46,108 bases of DNA, taken from positions 1 to 46,108 of the forward strand of contig CAJXNF010000001.1 in assembly GCA_913056375.1 (NCBI GenBank). Reading direction: 5' to 3'. This stretch comes from an uncultured Pseudomonadota bacterium (GTDB lineage: Bacteria > SAR324 > NAC60-12). This document shows, in pieces, positions 18,098 through 27,509 of the stretch (position 1 is the stretch's first letter; every line of letters begins with the position of its first letter). Position numbers and translations under genes: made by a program. The notes beneath the pieces were generated by a model. That model saw only the letters and a list, made by a program, of their open reading frames with translations. It was not told the origin of the DNA and did not search any database.

Positions 18098-18121
18098 ACC
18101 CCTTACTATTCGTTACCTGTT

Positions 18122-20455
18122 ATGCGAACACCGGTTGCTGCTCTCCCGGACGCAGTGTGTGAAGAGTTGGACTTATTACAACAAGTTCAACAGGGAGCCT
18201 TGCGTGATCAAGCTGATGAAGCTGACCCCAATTATTATGATGACATTCTCGAGTTGCGTGATTCTCTAAGTGAAGCGCATCCAGAGGATTTACCGGCGCT
18301 GACCACCCAAATTGAGCAACTGGTTCTGCTTGCTCAACGCCAACAGGAGCGGACACCACGGAACCGAAGTTTTCACTGGCACTCCCCATATTTTGCCCAC
18401 ATGCGCTTGCAGGAGCAGGGGAAAACTCGAGATTTACTGCTTGGCAACCAGAACTTCTTCTCAGGCCATCTCTCCTGCTCCATAGTCGACTGGAAGAAGG
18501 CTCCGGTTAGTCAAATTTTCTATCGTTACCAGGAAGAGGAAGAATATATTGAAGAACTGGGAGGGCGTGAAGTTGAAGGACGGCTTTTACTGAGAAGACT
18601 AGTCCGTATCGAAGATGGAGTTCTACGCAGTGTCAGTTGTCCACAAGGAACGTGGTTTTTTGAAGACGGTCAGTGGTTTCAGTGGGAACAGACGAGGATT
18701 GAGTTAAGTGGTGGAAGTGGTAGTGCTACTCGACCAATCCATGAAGTTGGACCGTACCGACTGGATAAGCACCTACCTCAAATCACAGCCCTGATTGATG
18801 AACGGCAGTTTGAAATCATTAGTCAGCCAGAAGCTGGGGTGATTCTTATCCAGGGTGGGGCTGGTTCGGGCAAAACAACCGTGGCTTTACATCGACTCGC
18901 CTACCTGATGACGCAAAAGCCAAACTACTTCAACAGCAATGGCATCCTACCAATTGTTTTTAATCGGGCCCTTGCCCAGTACATTAGCAAGCTGCTACCT
19001 TCACTTGGCGTTGATGGGGTAGAAGCAAGAGTCTTCCAGGAATGGGTTGCTCAGTTACGTCAACGTTTTTTCCCAGACCTGCCTTCTCGTTATGCTGAGA
19101 ATACTCCCGTAAGAGTGATCGAGTTCAAGCGAAGCCCTGTCATTCTTGCTTGGTGTGCTAGGGAGCTAGAGCATCGACTGGAACGATTTCAGGCTACTCT
19201 GATGAAGTTGTTTAGTTCATTGACCAACGGGAGCGATGTAATCACTGTGTGGAACAGTTCTGCCAAATCTCCAGTGACCGATCGGTTATCTCGCCTAATG
19301 AAATGGACCCAGGGGCAAGAAACCCTTACACATCTACCACCTACGCCCGATTCCTCAATCCGGCAGCGCATAGACCGCCTAGTAGAAGATTGGTTTCCTG
19401 ATGTCCTCAAGAGCCCTCAAGCATTAGCTCTTCAACTCTGGAATGACGCACTGATTCAACGTAGAGCCCTGCAGGAAGCAATCACTGATTTTGCTCCAGG
19501 TTCGTTCAGTGAAAGTCAACTCGACGAAATTTGGAGTTGGAACGTACGTTGTTACCAGCGGCGTCAGGTCATCGTCGGAGAACGAGTCGAAGAAGATGGA
19601 GAAACACCCGAAGGTTGGCTAGAAAATCAGAGTCTCAGCGATGAATTGCCAACCCTAGATGAAGAAGATGACACTCTACTGCTACTGCTTTACCAACTGA
19701 CTACGGGACCTCTCCGTGGTCGGAAGAATAAATTACTGCAGTATCATCATTTACTAGTGGATGAGGTCCAGGATTTCAGTATTCCAGAGCTTCAGTTACT
19801 ACTCTCTATGACGCCTCCAGAGCGTAGAAGCGTAACGTTGGCTGGAGATATGGATCAACGTATTTTGGCAGGAAATCGCTATCAGGACTGGGATACCATG
19901 TTACAGGCCCTGAGTGTGGAAGTTACCGCAATGGAACCGCTAACGATTGGCTACCGGTCTACCTATGAAATTATGGAGGTTGCCAGGCATGTCATTGGCC
20001 ACCTAAGCGTAAATACAGTATGGGAAGCCACAAGACATGGCGCGCCTGTGGAACGGTTTGGCTTTCAGCATCCAGGAGTACTGATTGCGTTTCTAGTGGA
20101 TAGTCTTGGCAGTTTACTGAGGAGAGAGCCTTCAGCGAGTGTGGTTGTACTTACCCGTGAGCTACCGGAGGCTAGAAAAATTGCAGAGCAGTTAGAGCGA
20201 GCCGAAATACCAGGATTACGATTGGTTGCCGATCAGGATTTTTCTTTCAGGGCCGGAGTTGAAGTGACTGATATTTCACAAACCAAGGGACTTGAATTTG
20301 ACTATGTACTCTTAGTCGACGCAGATGCTTCCACTTATGGCCCAGATGATCTATCTCGGCACTTGCTCTACGTCGGGATCACTCGTGCTGCTCATCAACT
20401 GTGGCTGCTTCATTGCGGTAACCCATCTTCCCTCCTTCCAGACACCCTCCGCTGA
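18122..20455 (+). CDS. helD: HelD / helicase IV-like SF1 (UvrD-family) helicase
   Basis: 777 aa. N-terminal coiled coil with an acidic stretch, IVDWKKAPVSQIFY, Walker A GGAGSGKTTVALHRLAYL, LLVDEVQDFS, and motif VI LYVGITRA. Confidence 0.85.
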   Translation: MRTPVAALPDAVCEELDLLQQVQQGALRDQADEADPNYYDDILELRDSLSEAHPEDLPALTTQIEQLVLLAQRQQERTPRNRSFHWHSPYFAHMRLQEQGKTRDLLLGNQNFFSGHLSCSIVDWKKAPVSQIFYRYQEEEEYIEELGGREVEGRLLLRRLVRIEDGVLRSVSCPQGTWFFEDGQWFQWEQTRIELSGGSGSATRPIHEVGPYRLDKHLPQITALIDERQFEIISQPEAGVILIQGGAGSGKTTVALHRLAYLMTQKPNYFNSNGILPIVFNRALAQYISKLLPSLGVDGVEARVFQEWVAQLRQRFFPDLPSRYAENTPVRVIEFKRSPVILAWCARELEHRLERFQATLMKLFSSLTNGSDVITVWNSSAKSPVTDRLSRLMKWTQGQETLTHLPPTPDSSIRQRIDRLVEDWFPDVLKSPQALALQLWNDALIQRRALQEAITDFAPGSFSESQLDEIWSWNVRCYQRRQVIVGERVEEDGETPEGWLENQSLSDELPTLDEEDDTLLLLLYQLTTGPLRGRKNKLLQYHHLLVDEVQDFSIPELQLLLSMTPPERRSVTLAGDMDQRILAGNRYQDWDTMLQALSVEVTAMEPLTIGYRSTYEIMEVARHVIGHLSVNTVWEATRHGAPVERFGFQHPGVLIAFLVDSLGSLLRREPSASVVVLTRELPEARKIAEQLERAEIPGLRLVADQDFSFRAGVEVTDISQTKGLEFDYVLLVDADASTYGPDDLSRHLLYVGITRAAHQLWLLHCGNPSSLLPDTLR

Positions 20456-23400
20456 AGTCTGTGATCGCCCTTCCAGCAAGCGAGAAAACAGTGGAATTTC
20501 TCGGGGTAATTTGGAGTCAGGTAGTGGTAAGAAGACTTCTGCGTTGCGCTCCGTGACATCTCCCTCCAGCAAGCCATTTTTATCATTTATATTGAGTGGA
20601 GGAGATGTCGCATAGCTTAGAAGTAGCTTTCCTTCGAGCGACTTGAGATTGGGATGATAGATTCGTAGGCGTTCTTGGTACTCACGAGTCTGAATCAAGT
20701 AGTAGGCGATACGCGACCAAACTGGCAGAGCTCCGCTGGAACCTGTCAGGCGGAACCGGTTTGCAGTTGCTTCGGCTTCCCCAGGTCGATCTGAGCCAAC
20801 ATAGACGGCGATTGTATATCCTCCCTGAGTTTGCATTCCCTGTCGTGTTGGAACTGGCAGATGACCAACAAAGGTCGCATTTGAATAATTGTTGGCAGTT
20901 CCCGTTTTGCCCAGAGCAGGGATTTGTACTGTCACCTGTTTTCCATCTTCACGCACATACTCTGTTTGTAGAAAGCGTTTTGCTCTTCGACCTGTTCCAT
21001 ACTCAACTACTGAACGCATAATTTCTTGCAAAGCTCGATTGACACTGGGATCAAGAATGTTACGAGATTGATGATTCGCTTCGTAAATAGTTCTGCCCCC
21101 GGTATCCTCAATCCGTTGAATCAATGACCAATGATTTTTGGGTGATGTGGAATCTCCAAAAACTTGACCCGTGGCCAGTGACTGATAGAGCATTGCCAGA
21201 TCTTGTAGCGTTACGTCATTCGCACCAAGCGGAAACGAAAGCACCGGCTGAAGCGAGCTCTCAACACCTAGGAGTTTTGCTACTTCCACAACTGTCTGTA
21301 GGGAAAGCAGCATCCTGAAGTCATGATTCCAATAAAGACGTGCCGTTGAATAGGGCTCCTGGCGCAATACATCCTGCTGACGTTGTTGCATCAGGTCCTC
21401 AAGCCCCTGAAAAATCGTGGAACGGATCTTTCCATGCAACCAAATATTAGCTGGTGAAAAGAAGCGCTCTCGCTGATTCGAAGTCCAGACCTGATTGTAC
21501 AAGCGGAAGCGATAGGGAGTTATGGGAACCCAGCCTTTTGTGAGATCACGAGGATTCTCTGCGTAAGCCAATCGTGGAGGTATGGGGGTGTTATAAGGAT
21601 CTGTCCGCAGCGCACTTTCATGAACATAAAAATTTTGAATCCACTCTCCAGCCACCTGATCATCTGTTTTGAAACTGCCGTTGAGGAAAGCATCTTCTGT
21701 TTGTACCAGTTGCTGCCGTAACCGTTCTTGCACCTCCTGAAGGCGCAAAAAGTTATGTTCCAATAACTCTCTTTCGCGGCTTACACGCGCAGAACCCGAA
21801 CGCAAACGTGAGCGCACCTCAGCACGCCAGTTCCGACCATGATAAAGATTGCGCAGCGCCTGCTCTTCTTCAGGTGGTTCAAAGGCAGTGTTGCGCAAGA
21901 GCTCCTGCCGAGCCGCCTCCATCAAGTACGGCTGCATTCGATACTGAGTGTCAATGATTCCATAAGTATCTCTCAACCGGACAACGTAATCTGCACGGCT
22001 CTCATTCTCTTCTCGTGCAAAGCGGGCAAATTCCATTAGTCGTTCGAACTGCTCTAGGTCCAAGTAATCAAGCAGGTGTTCCAGCAAGTAGATACTGGCT
22101 AGATTCTCTGAAAGCGCACCAGCCCAGACCATCGAACTTTGATTGTCTGGTGGATTATGATCGGGCTTGGGAATGTAGATTTCACCCTGCCATTGATAAA
22201 CCCGATACTCATTGGACAAGGCCTCCAACGGATTCCAACCCAACTCCATTGCCACCATGTACAGTAGCAACTTGAAGGTTGATCCAGGTTGACGATAGGC
22301 CTGCATGGCCCTGTTGAATCCACGAGGCTCAAATCCACCTGCAAAAGCCCGAACCTCACCATCTTGCAAAACCATCACACCACCGTCGAGGGTTGGCTGC
22401 TGTTCAATGCTCGCCTGCCAAATAGATCCGTCGTTATCACGTTGATGCAAGGCCACTAGAATTGGGCCACCAGTTTTCAGGTTCTCAAGCGCTTGCTGAA
22501 AATCTTTTTTTCGAAGTTTGTTGGGTGCTTGTGGATTTATTCGACGGACGAACTCTTCCAACAATAAACCCCGCACTTCTGCCCGATCAGTTCCCACTTG
22601 AACCTTTACGCTCGGGTTATCTCCCAGCAACACCTCTTCAATTCGGCCAGTGTAGAAATTTCCTGATTCAGGTTGTAATGAGGATGGCTCTGGATTCGTG
22701 ACTGGAGCAGCATAGCCATTGCGCTGAAATTCTAAGCGAGAGAGATGTCGCCGCAACTCAAACTGCGCAAGATATTGCAGATTGGGGTCAAGTGTCGTCT
22801 GAATGCGAAGTTCACCCTTCTCCACCCCTTCAGCACCATAGTCCTGTAAAATGGAGTGAAATGGCTCTTCGTTCATCTGCTGGCGGACCACCTCAATCTG
22901 GTGATTGTCTTGATAACGGAAAGACCCTTGTCGAAAAGCTACCAAATCCTGAGACGCCTCCAGGAAACGCTCCTCAGAGATGAGTTCCATTTCCAGCATA
23001 TTCCGTAAGACATAGTCTCGACGCTCCGTTGCTCTCTCAACAATACGCTGTATTTCCTCTGGATTCTGGGTTCGGAATGGATTGTAGTTTGCCGGCCCCT
23101 TAACCGAACCGGCAATGAAGGCAACTTCAGAAAGATTTAACTCTGATACGTTTTTGTTGAAATAGTAACGGGCTGCAATCGCCAATCCTTGCCCTGTTCC
23201 ATGCACATGGAAGAGATTGGTATAGAATTCAAGAATATCTCTTTTGCTATAGCGAGCTTCCAAACGCAGGGCATCCAGTGTCTCCAGTGCCTTGTTTGCC
23301 CAACGATCCTCTCCGTGTTCCGGACGATGTTCAAACAAAAGCTCTGAAGTCTGCTGGGTGAGAGTACTACCTCCCTGAATAACACGCCCCGCAAGCAAAT

Positions 23401-23779
23401 TAGCCCAAGACGCTCGAAGGATTCCAATAGGATCGACGCCGATATGCTGGTAAAAAGATTGGTCTTCACTGGCAATGATTGCGTCAAAGAATGCTTCCGG
23501 AATCACTGCATCCAGATCAGAATCAATCCGAGTTGGCTGGTTGGCCTGCAGGTAAAGAAGATGGACTTGATCGTAGAAGGCGCCTAATTTCGTGCGTTGA
23601 TCACGATAGTAGACAGTTGTTTCGGTAAGCAGACGCTGCTGGATCGCTTTACGATCAAGATGAGGGGCAGGAGCTAGGAACACAAGATAGCCCAGTACTG
23701 CTGTACCAGTCAGCAGTACTAGATTGATCAGCGTGAAGAGCCCGAAGCAGGCTTTGGCGACATATCGTGGAACTGACAA
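20351..23779 (-). CDS. Class A penicillin-binding protein (bifunctional transglycosylase/transpeptidase), unusually long
   Basis: N-terminal TM helix. GT51 motifs EDQSFYQHIGVD and GGSTLTQQ. Transpeptidase motifs STFK (aa 500), SEN (aa 557) and KTG (aa 958). 1142 aa in total. Confidence 0.9.
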   Translation of the reverse strand: MSVPRYVAKACFGLFTLINLVLLTGTAVLGYLVFLAPAPHLDRKAIQQRLLTETTVYYRDQRTKLGAFYDQVHLLYLQANQPTRIDSDLDAVIPEAFFDAIIASEDQSFYQHIGVDPIGILRASWANLLAGRVIQGGSTLTQQTSELLFEHRPEHGEDRWANKALETLDALRLEARYSKRDILEFYTNLFHVHGTGQGLAIAARYYFNKNVSELNLSEVAFIAGSVKGPANYNPFRTQNPEEIQRIVERATERRDYVLRNMLEMELISEERFLEASQDLVAFRQGSFRYQDNHQIEVVRQQMNEEPFHSILQDYGAEGVEKGELRIQTTLDPNLQYLAQFELRRHLSRLEFQRNGYAAPVTNPEPSSLQPESGNFYTGRIEEVLLGDNPSVKVQVGTDRAEVRGLLLEEFVRRINPQAPNKLRKKDFQQALENLKTGGPILVALHQRDNDGSIWQASIEQQPTLDGGVMVLQDGEVRAFAGGFEPRGFNRAMQAYRQPGSTFKLLLYMVAMELGWNPLEALSNEYRVYQWQGEIYIPKPDHNPPDNQSSMVWAGALSENLASIYLLEHLLDYLDLEQFERLMEFARFAREENESRADYVVRLRDTYGIIDTQYRMQPYLMEAARQELLRNTAFEPPEEEQALRNLYHGRNWRAEVRSRLRSGSARVSRERELLEHNFLRLQEVQERLRQQLVQTEDAFLNGSFKTDDQVAGEWIQNFYVHESALRTDPYNTPIPPRLAYAENPRDLTKGWVPITPYRFRLYNQVWTSNQRERFFSPANIWLHGKIRSTIFQGLEDLMQQRQQDVLRQEPYSTARLYWNHDFRMLLSLQTVVEVAKLLGVESSLQPVLSFPLGANDVTLQDLAMLYQSLATGQVFGDSTSPKNHWSLIQRIEDTGGRTIYEANHQSRNILDPSVNRALQEIMRSVVEYGTGRRAKRFLQTEYVREDGKQVTVQIPALGKTGTANNYSNATFVGHLPVPTRQGMQTQGGYTIAVYVGSDRPGEAEATANRFRLTGSSGALPVWSRIAYYLIQTREYQERLRIYHPNLKSLEGKLLLSYATSPPLNINDKNGLLEGDVTERNAEVFLPLPDSKLPREIPLFSRLLEGRSQTSAEGVWKEGRWVTAMKQPQLMSSTSDPDVEQVPR

Positions 23780-23788
23780 GATCTCACA

Positions 23789-24136
23789 TCAGGTAGCAGG
23801 AAATTCATTTGCGTGAATCAGGTCACTCTTGGCAGCCATGATGAAATCACTCTCCACCAAGCCATCAATCTTGTGTGTCCAATAGCTCACACGTACGTTG
23901 CGGAAGGATAGTGTCAACTCAGGGTGATGACCTTCTGATTCTGCTAGATTCGCAATTAAATTCGTGAAACGAAGAGCTTCTTGGTAAGAGGGAAAGACAT
24001 AATCTTTCTGAAGATGATGCTCGTTGATCATCTTCCAGCCATTTTGCAATTCTTGGAGTAGCACTGCTAGCGCATCTCCTTTAAGCGGTGGAACACCTCC
24101 ACGGCAAGGCACACACTGCCTTTGGGACAACTCCAT
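23789..24136 (-). CDS. phhB: 4a-hydroxytetrahydrobiopterin (pterin-4-alpha-carbinolamine) dehydratase
   Basis: 115 aa with the PCD/DCoH signature ...AESEGHHPELTLSFRNVRVSYWTH... It lies 9 nt upstream of the PBP gene on the same strand. Confidence 0.88.
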   Translation of the reverse strand: MELSQRQCVPCRGGVPPLKGDALAVLLQELQNGWKMINEHHLQKDYVFPSYQEALRFTNLIANLAESEGHHPELTLSFRNVRVSYWTHKIDGLVESDFIMAAKSDLIHANEFPAT

Positions 24137-24256
24137 TATTCTCTTCTCCTTGAATTCGCTTGCTGCAAAATAAAGCCCACTGCAAACTATTGAAACACTT
24201 GTATTTTGCCTGGGCTAACCAGTATTTCGCAAATCAATTCCCCTGCATTCAGAAAT

Positions 24257-25114
24257 ATGACAACTCCTCAATCTCACTATGTGTTGTGCTGTGAACGAGA
24301 ACTCCATGTAGAAGTTTGGAATCCTGCTGCGAGTGAAACTCTGGTCCTTTGGCACGGATTGACACGTACAGGAAGAGACTTTCGCACACTGGCAACCCAT
24401 CTCTCTCCACACTATCGCCTGCTAATTCCTGATACTCTTGGACGAGGTCATTCGCAGTGGGCACAAGATCCAATGGCGGAATATACTGTCCCATTCTACA
24501 TGAAACAGGCAGTTGCCTTGTTAGACCATTTTCAGGTCGAGCGTTGTGGCTGGATCGGAACTTCGATGGGTGGGATCATGGGCATGCTGCTTGGAGCCAC
24601 CAGTTTACAGAAGCACTTGGTGGGACTCGTGATCAACGATATCGGTCCAGAGTTACCCACCGGAGCGATTCAGAGGATTGCGAGCTACGTTTCCAGGCCC
24701 CCAACTTTCAACAATTTTCAGGAACTGAAGCAGTACTTTCAGCAGGTCTACCAGCCGTTTGGGTGGCTTAGTGATCAGGAATGGCAGGAGTTAGCAATTT
24801 CCTCAGCTAGGAGGAAAGATGATGGGAGATGGACCGTTCACTACGATGTGCGTTTATCAGAACCCTTTGCCCAAGCGCCCCAAGGGGGAGATCTGTGGGA
24901 AATCTACGAGCAGATTTGTTGTCCAGTGATGATTCTTCGAGGTGAATTTTCCGATATACTGACTCCCAGTGTTGCAGAACAAATGACGACTAGGGGGCCA
25001 ATGGGAAAGTTGTTTACCCTCCCGAACTGTGGGCATGCACCCTATCTGAACACTCCTGAACAAATCGGTCTTCTAAAGAAATTTTTGCAGGAGATTTTCC
25101 ACCAAGCTTCCTAA
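24257..25114 (+). CDS. Alpha/beta-fold hydrolase
   Basis: HGLTRTGRDF, nucleophile elbow GTSMGG, and a C-terminal CGHAPYL histidine. Start set at ATG 24257 because the track start 24206 is TTG. Confidence 0.78.
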   Translation: MTTPQSHYVLCCERELHVEVWNPAASETLVLWHGLTRTGRDFRTLATHLSPHYRLLIPDTLGRGHSQWAQDPMAEYTVPFYMKQAVALLDHFQVERCGWIGTSMGGIMGMLLGATSLQKHLVGLVINDIGPELPTGAIQRIASYVSRPPTFNNFQELKQYFQQVYQPFGWLSDQEWQELAISSARRKDDGRWTVHYDVRLSEPFAQAPQGGDLWEIYEQICCPVMILRGEFSDILTPSVAEQMTTRGPMGKLFTLPNCGHAPYLNTPEQIGLLKKFLQEIFHQAS

Positions 25115-26913
25115 GCAGCTGCCTGTAACCGCTGCGACCAGTCACAAGCTTGCTGGAGATACTCTTTCTCCCCGTCTTCATTGAGGAGTGGTGAAATCTC
25201 TTCCCAAACTCGCTTGTGATAGTGCTGCAACCAATTCCATTCGTCTTCTGTAAGCAGTTCTTCGCAGACTAGCTTACGCTCAAAGGGGATCAGGGTCAGT
25301 GTGTCAAAGCAAAGCCACTTTTTGCCATCTGGATGCCTAGGATGCTGGGTAGCTGACTGCACAACATAGAGATTTTCCAAGCGAATTCCTCCCCAACCCG
25401 TGCGATAGTACCCAGGCTCATTGGAAATGATCATTCCAGACCGAAAACCGACATCTCCAGCGAAGGCCGATATGCGTTGCGGCCCTTCATGCACCCCGAG
25501 GAAGGCTCCTACGCCGTGACCCGTTCCATGTCCAAAATCCAGTCCTTCATTCCATAACAAAGATCGAGTCACACCATCCAGCACCGCACCATTCGTACCC
25601 TCAGGAAAAACCTGGCGAGCCAGTCGAATATGTGCTTGCAACACCCTCGTATAGCATCGCTGCTGCTCAGCATCAGGCTCTCCCCAGATCATCGTACGAG
25701 TCGCATCGGTTGTTCCTCCCCCACACTGAATTCCAGAGTCGACCAATAGGAATTCGCCATCTGTCAGAATTTTCTCTGCACTTGGATTGCTGTAATGAAC
25801 AATCGCTGCGTTGGCACCAGCTCCAGCAATTGTTTCAAAGCTCAAATCTGCAAAATCTGGTCGTTTCTCATAGTAGCTACGTAGCCATCCAGCATATTGT
25901 TGTTCACTTACCTTTTCACTATTCCGCTCAGCTTGCTTCAATCTAGCAAGACTCTGAATTTTTCCAACTGCTGCCTGTCGGTGAGCGTAGCGAATACGCT
26001 GCAATTCGACTTCATTTTTCAAAGCACGCGGCATGATAACTGGACTTTCTGCTTCCAATACCTGAGCAGATTGATCCTGCAATAGCAGCAAGGTGCCCAT
26101 TGTAACACCCTGTGGGTCCAACCAAACACATGCAGAAGCATCCGCTGCTAAATGCTTCAAGGTGGGAGCGTAGTCTTCATATGGATGGAACGTCCAATCC
26201 GTTAGTGATTTTAGTTCTGTACTAGTAGGAAAATGACAAAAGCAGATTGCTTCTGTCTTGGAAATCAGCGCATAGGATTCGAAGACTGGATTACAAGGAA
26301 CGTCCTTTCCCCGCAAATTAGTCAACCAGGCAATCTCATCTAGCTGGGTCAACAATAAATGCGTAGCCTGATGCTTATCCAATTGGTCACGCAATTCTGT
26401 CAACTTTTCTGAGGTGGAACGACCCGTCCAAGAAAGTGGCAACAAATTAGGTTCTACCCGTTCAGGCATCGCAATTGATCCGGTCTGATCAACCAAGTTA
26501 CCAAGAACTGGTACCAACTCCGACTGGCAACTCAGCAACGCCTGTGACCAACGTCGCCAACTCCGTGGGCTAACTGTAAACGGATCTACTCCGAAACGAC
26601 ACCCAGTTGATTGCCCTGCAAGCCATCCCACGACGTCTGGAACTCCGGCGAGCCCTAGTTTTCGGATTTCAAAATGATCTCCGCTTTGCGCATCTGCTTG
26701 AATATGGTAGCGAGAGTCTACAAAAAGCTGCGATCGTCCTTCCCGCAGAACAATCGCAATGCCAGCAGATCCATTGAATCCACTCAATGCTTCCAAACGA
26801 CGGTGGTGTAGAGGCACATACTCGTTGAGGTGCTCATCTGTCGTTGGTACTAAATAGCCATCTAATTCAGATTCCTGAATCAACTTCTGTAGCTGAGACA
26901 GACGACTGGACAT
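25111..26913 (-). CDS. pepP: Xaa-Pro aminopeptidase (M24B, three-domain aminopeptidase P type)
   Basis: 600 aa. The C-terminal M24 metal-ligand context is VDSG...TTDATRT, HGTGHGVGAFLGVHEGP, SNEPGYY and IRLENL. Confidence 0.85.
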   Translation of the reverse strand: MSSRLSQLQKLIQESELDGYLVPTTDEHLNEYVPLHHRRLEALSGFNGSAGIAIVLREGRSQLFVDSRYHIQADAQSGDHFEIRKLGLAGVPDVVGWLAGQSTGCRFGVDPFTVSPRSWRRWSQALLSCQSELVPVLGNLVDQTGSIAMPERVEPNLLPLSWTGRSTSEKLTELRDQLDKHQATHLLLTQLDEIAWLTNLRGKDVPCNPVFESYALISKTEAICFCHFPTSTELKSLTDWTFHPYEDYAPTLKHLAADASACVWLDPQGVTMGTLLLLQDQSAQVLEAESPVIMPRALKNEVELQRIRYAHRQAAVGKIQSLARLKQAERNSEKVSEQQYAGWLRSYYEKRPDFADLSFETIAGAGANAAIVHYSNPSAEKILTDGEFLLVDSGIQCGGGTTDATRTMIWGEPDAEQQRCYTRVLQAHIRLARQVFPEGTNGAVLDGVTRSLLWNEGLDFGHGTGHGVGAFLGVHEGPQRISAFAGDVGFRSGMIISNEPGYYRTGWGGIRLENLYVVQSATQHPRHPDGKKWLCFDTLTLIPFERKLVCEELLTEDEWNWLQHYHKRVWEEISPLLNEDGEKEYLQQACDWSQRLQAAA

Positions 26914-26944
26914 TTATAAATCTCTTTTGATTTGCGATTAGTTT

Positions 26945-26972
26945 GTGTTGGCCTTCAAGGCCAACACTTTTT
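26945..26972 (+). terminator. Terminator-like hairpin with a plus-strand T tract
   Basis: Perfect 9-bp GC-rich stem GTGTTGGCC / GGCCAACAC (26945-26953 and 26959-26967), 5-nt loop, then TTTTT (26968-26972). It lies between two minus-strand genes. The minus-strand side has no U tract. Confidence 0.45.
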
Positions 26973-26990
26973 GGGGAATGTTAGGAACAA

Positions 26991-27419
26991 TCAGAATAGT
27001 TTGATCGGTGATTTAACACCTTCGGTAGGATAACGCGGGCGTGGGCGACTAGATGGACGTGTCCCGTACTCAGGCTTTACTCTAAATGGATTGAAGTTCC
27101 GGCGTTGCGTATCATCATCTTCCAACACAGAGCGTCGGAGCGAACCGTAGTTCAGTGGATAAACCGGTGGACTTCCCGTATTGCTCTCCACCATGCTGTT
27201 CACTGAACGGCCCCTACGAACCTCAGCTTGGTATGCTTGATCATAGTAACCACTTTGATAACCAGCACGAGACTGTGTTCGATGCTGCTGAAGTTGCTCA
27301 TAGTTAATGCCTGGGCTTCGCGGCGCCATTGGCTTTCCGCCGGTGATTCTTCGAGCTTCGGCTTCCTGTACTCCAAGATAGAGCAACCCAAAGCACATCC
27401 ATACAATCCATGGTTTCAT
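26991..27419 (-). CDS. Hypothetical secreted low-complexity (Arg/Tyr/Pro/Gln-rich) protein
   Basis: Start moved to ATG 27419, which gives MKPWIVWMCFGLLYLGVQEAEA, a plausible signal peptide. No domain recognised. Confidence 0.4.
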   Translation of the reverse strand: MKPWIVWMCFGLLYLGVQEAEARRITGGKPMAPRSPGINYEQLQQHRTQSRAGYQSGYYDQAYQAEVRRGRSVNSMVESNTGSPPVYPLNYGSLRRSVLEDDDTQRRNFNPFRVKPEYGTRPSSRPRPRYPTEGVKSPIKLF

Positions 27420-27509
27420 AATCCTATCTCTCTTCTTCGATTTCGATTTATGATAAAAGATGTGCAAATACCAAACAAATATTTTACCACCTTCTTCTAT
27501 CGAAGATCT

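Noticed and set aside
23789-24136. Orphan phhB (no phenylalanine hydroxylase gene nearby) immediately upstream of the PBP gene, considered as a possible unusual linkage
   Set aside because: Stand-alone PCD/DCoH-like genes are common in bacteria. The 9-nt spacing alone is weak evidence for a functional link, and I saw nothing else unusual.
24206-24256. TTG-initiated 17-codon N-terminal extension of the alpha/beta hydrolase ORF
   Set aside because: The in-frame ATG at 24257 gives a normal hydrolase N-terminus. The extension would consume most of the divergent promoter region shared with phhB.
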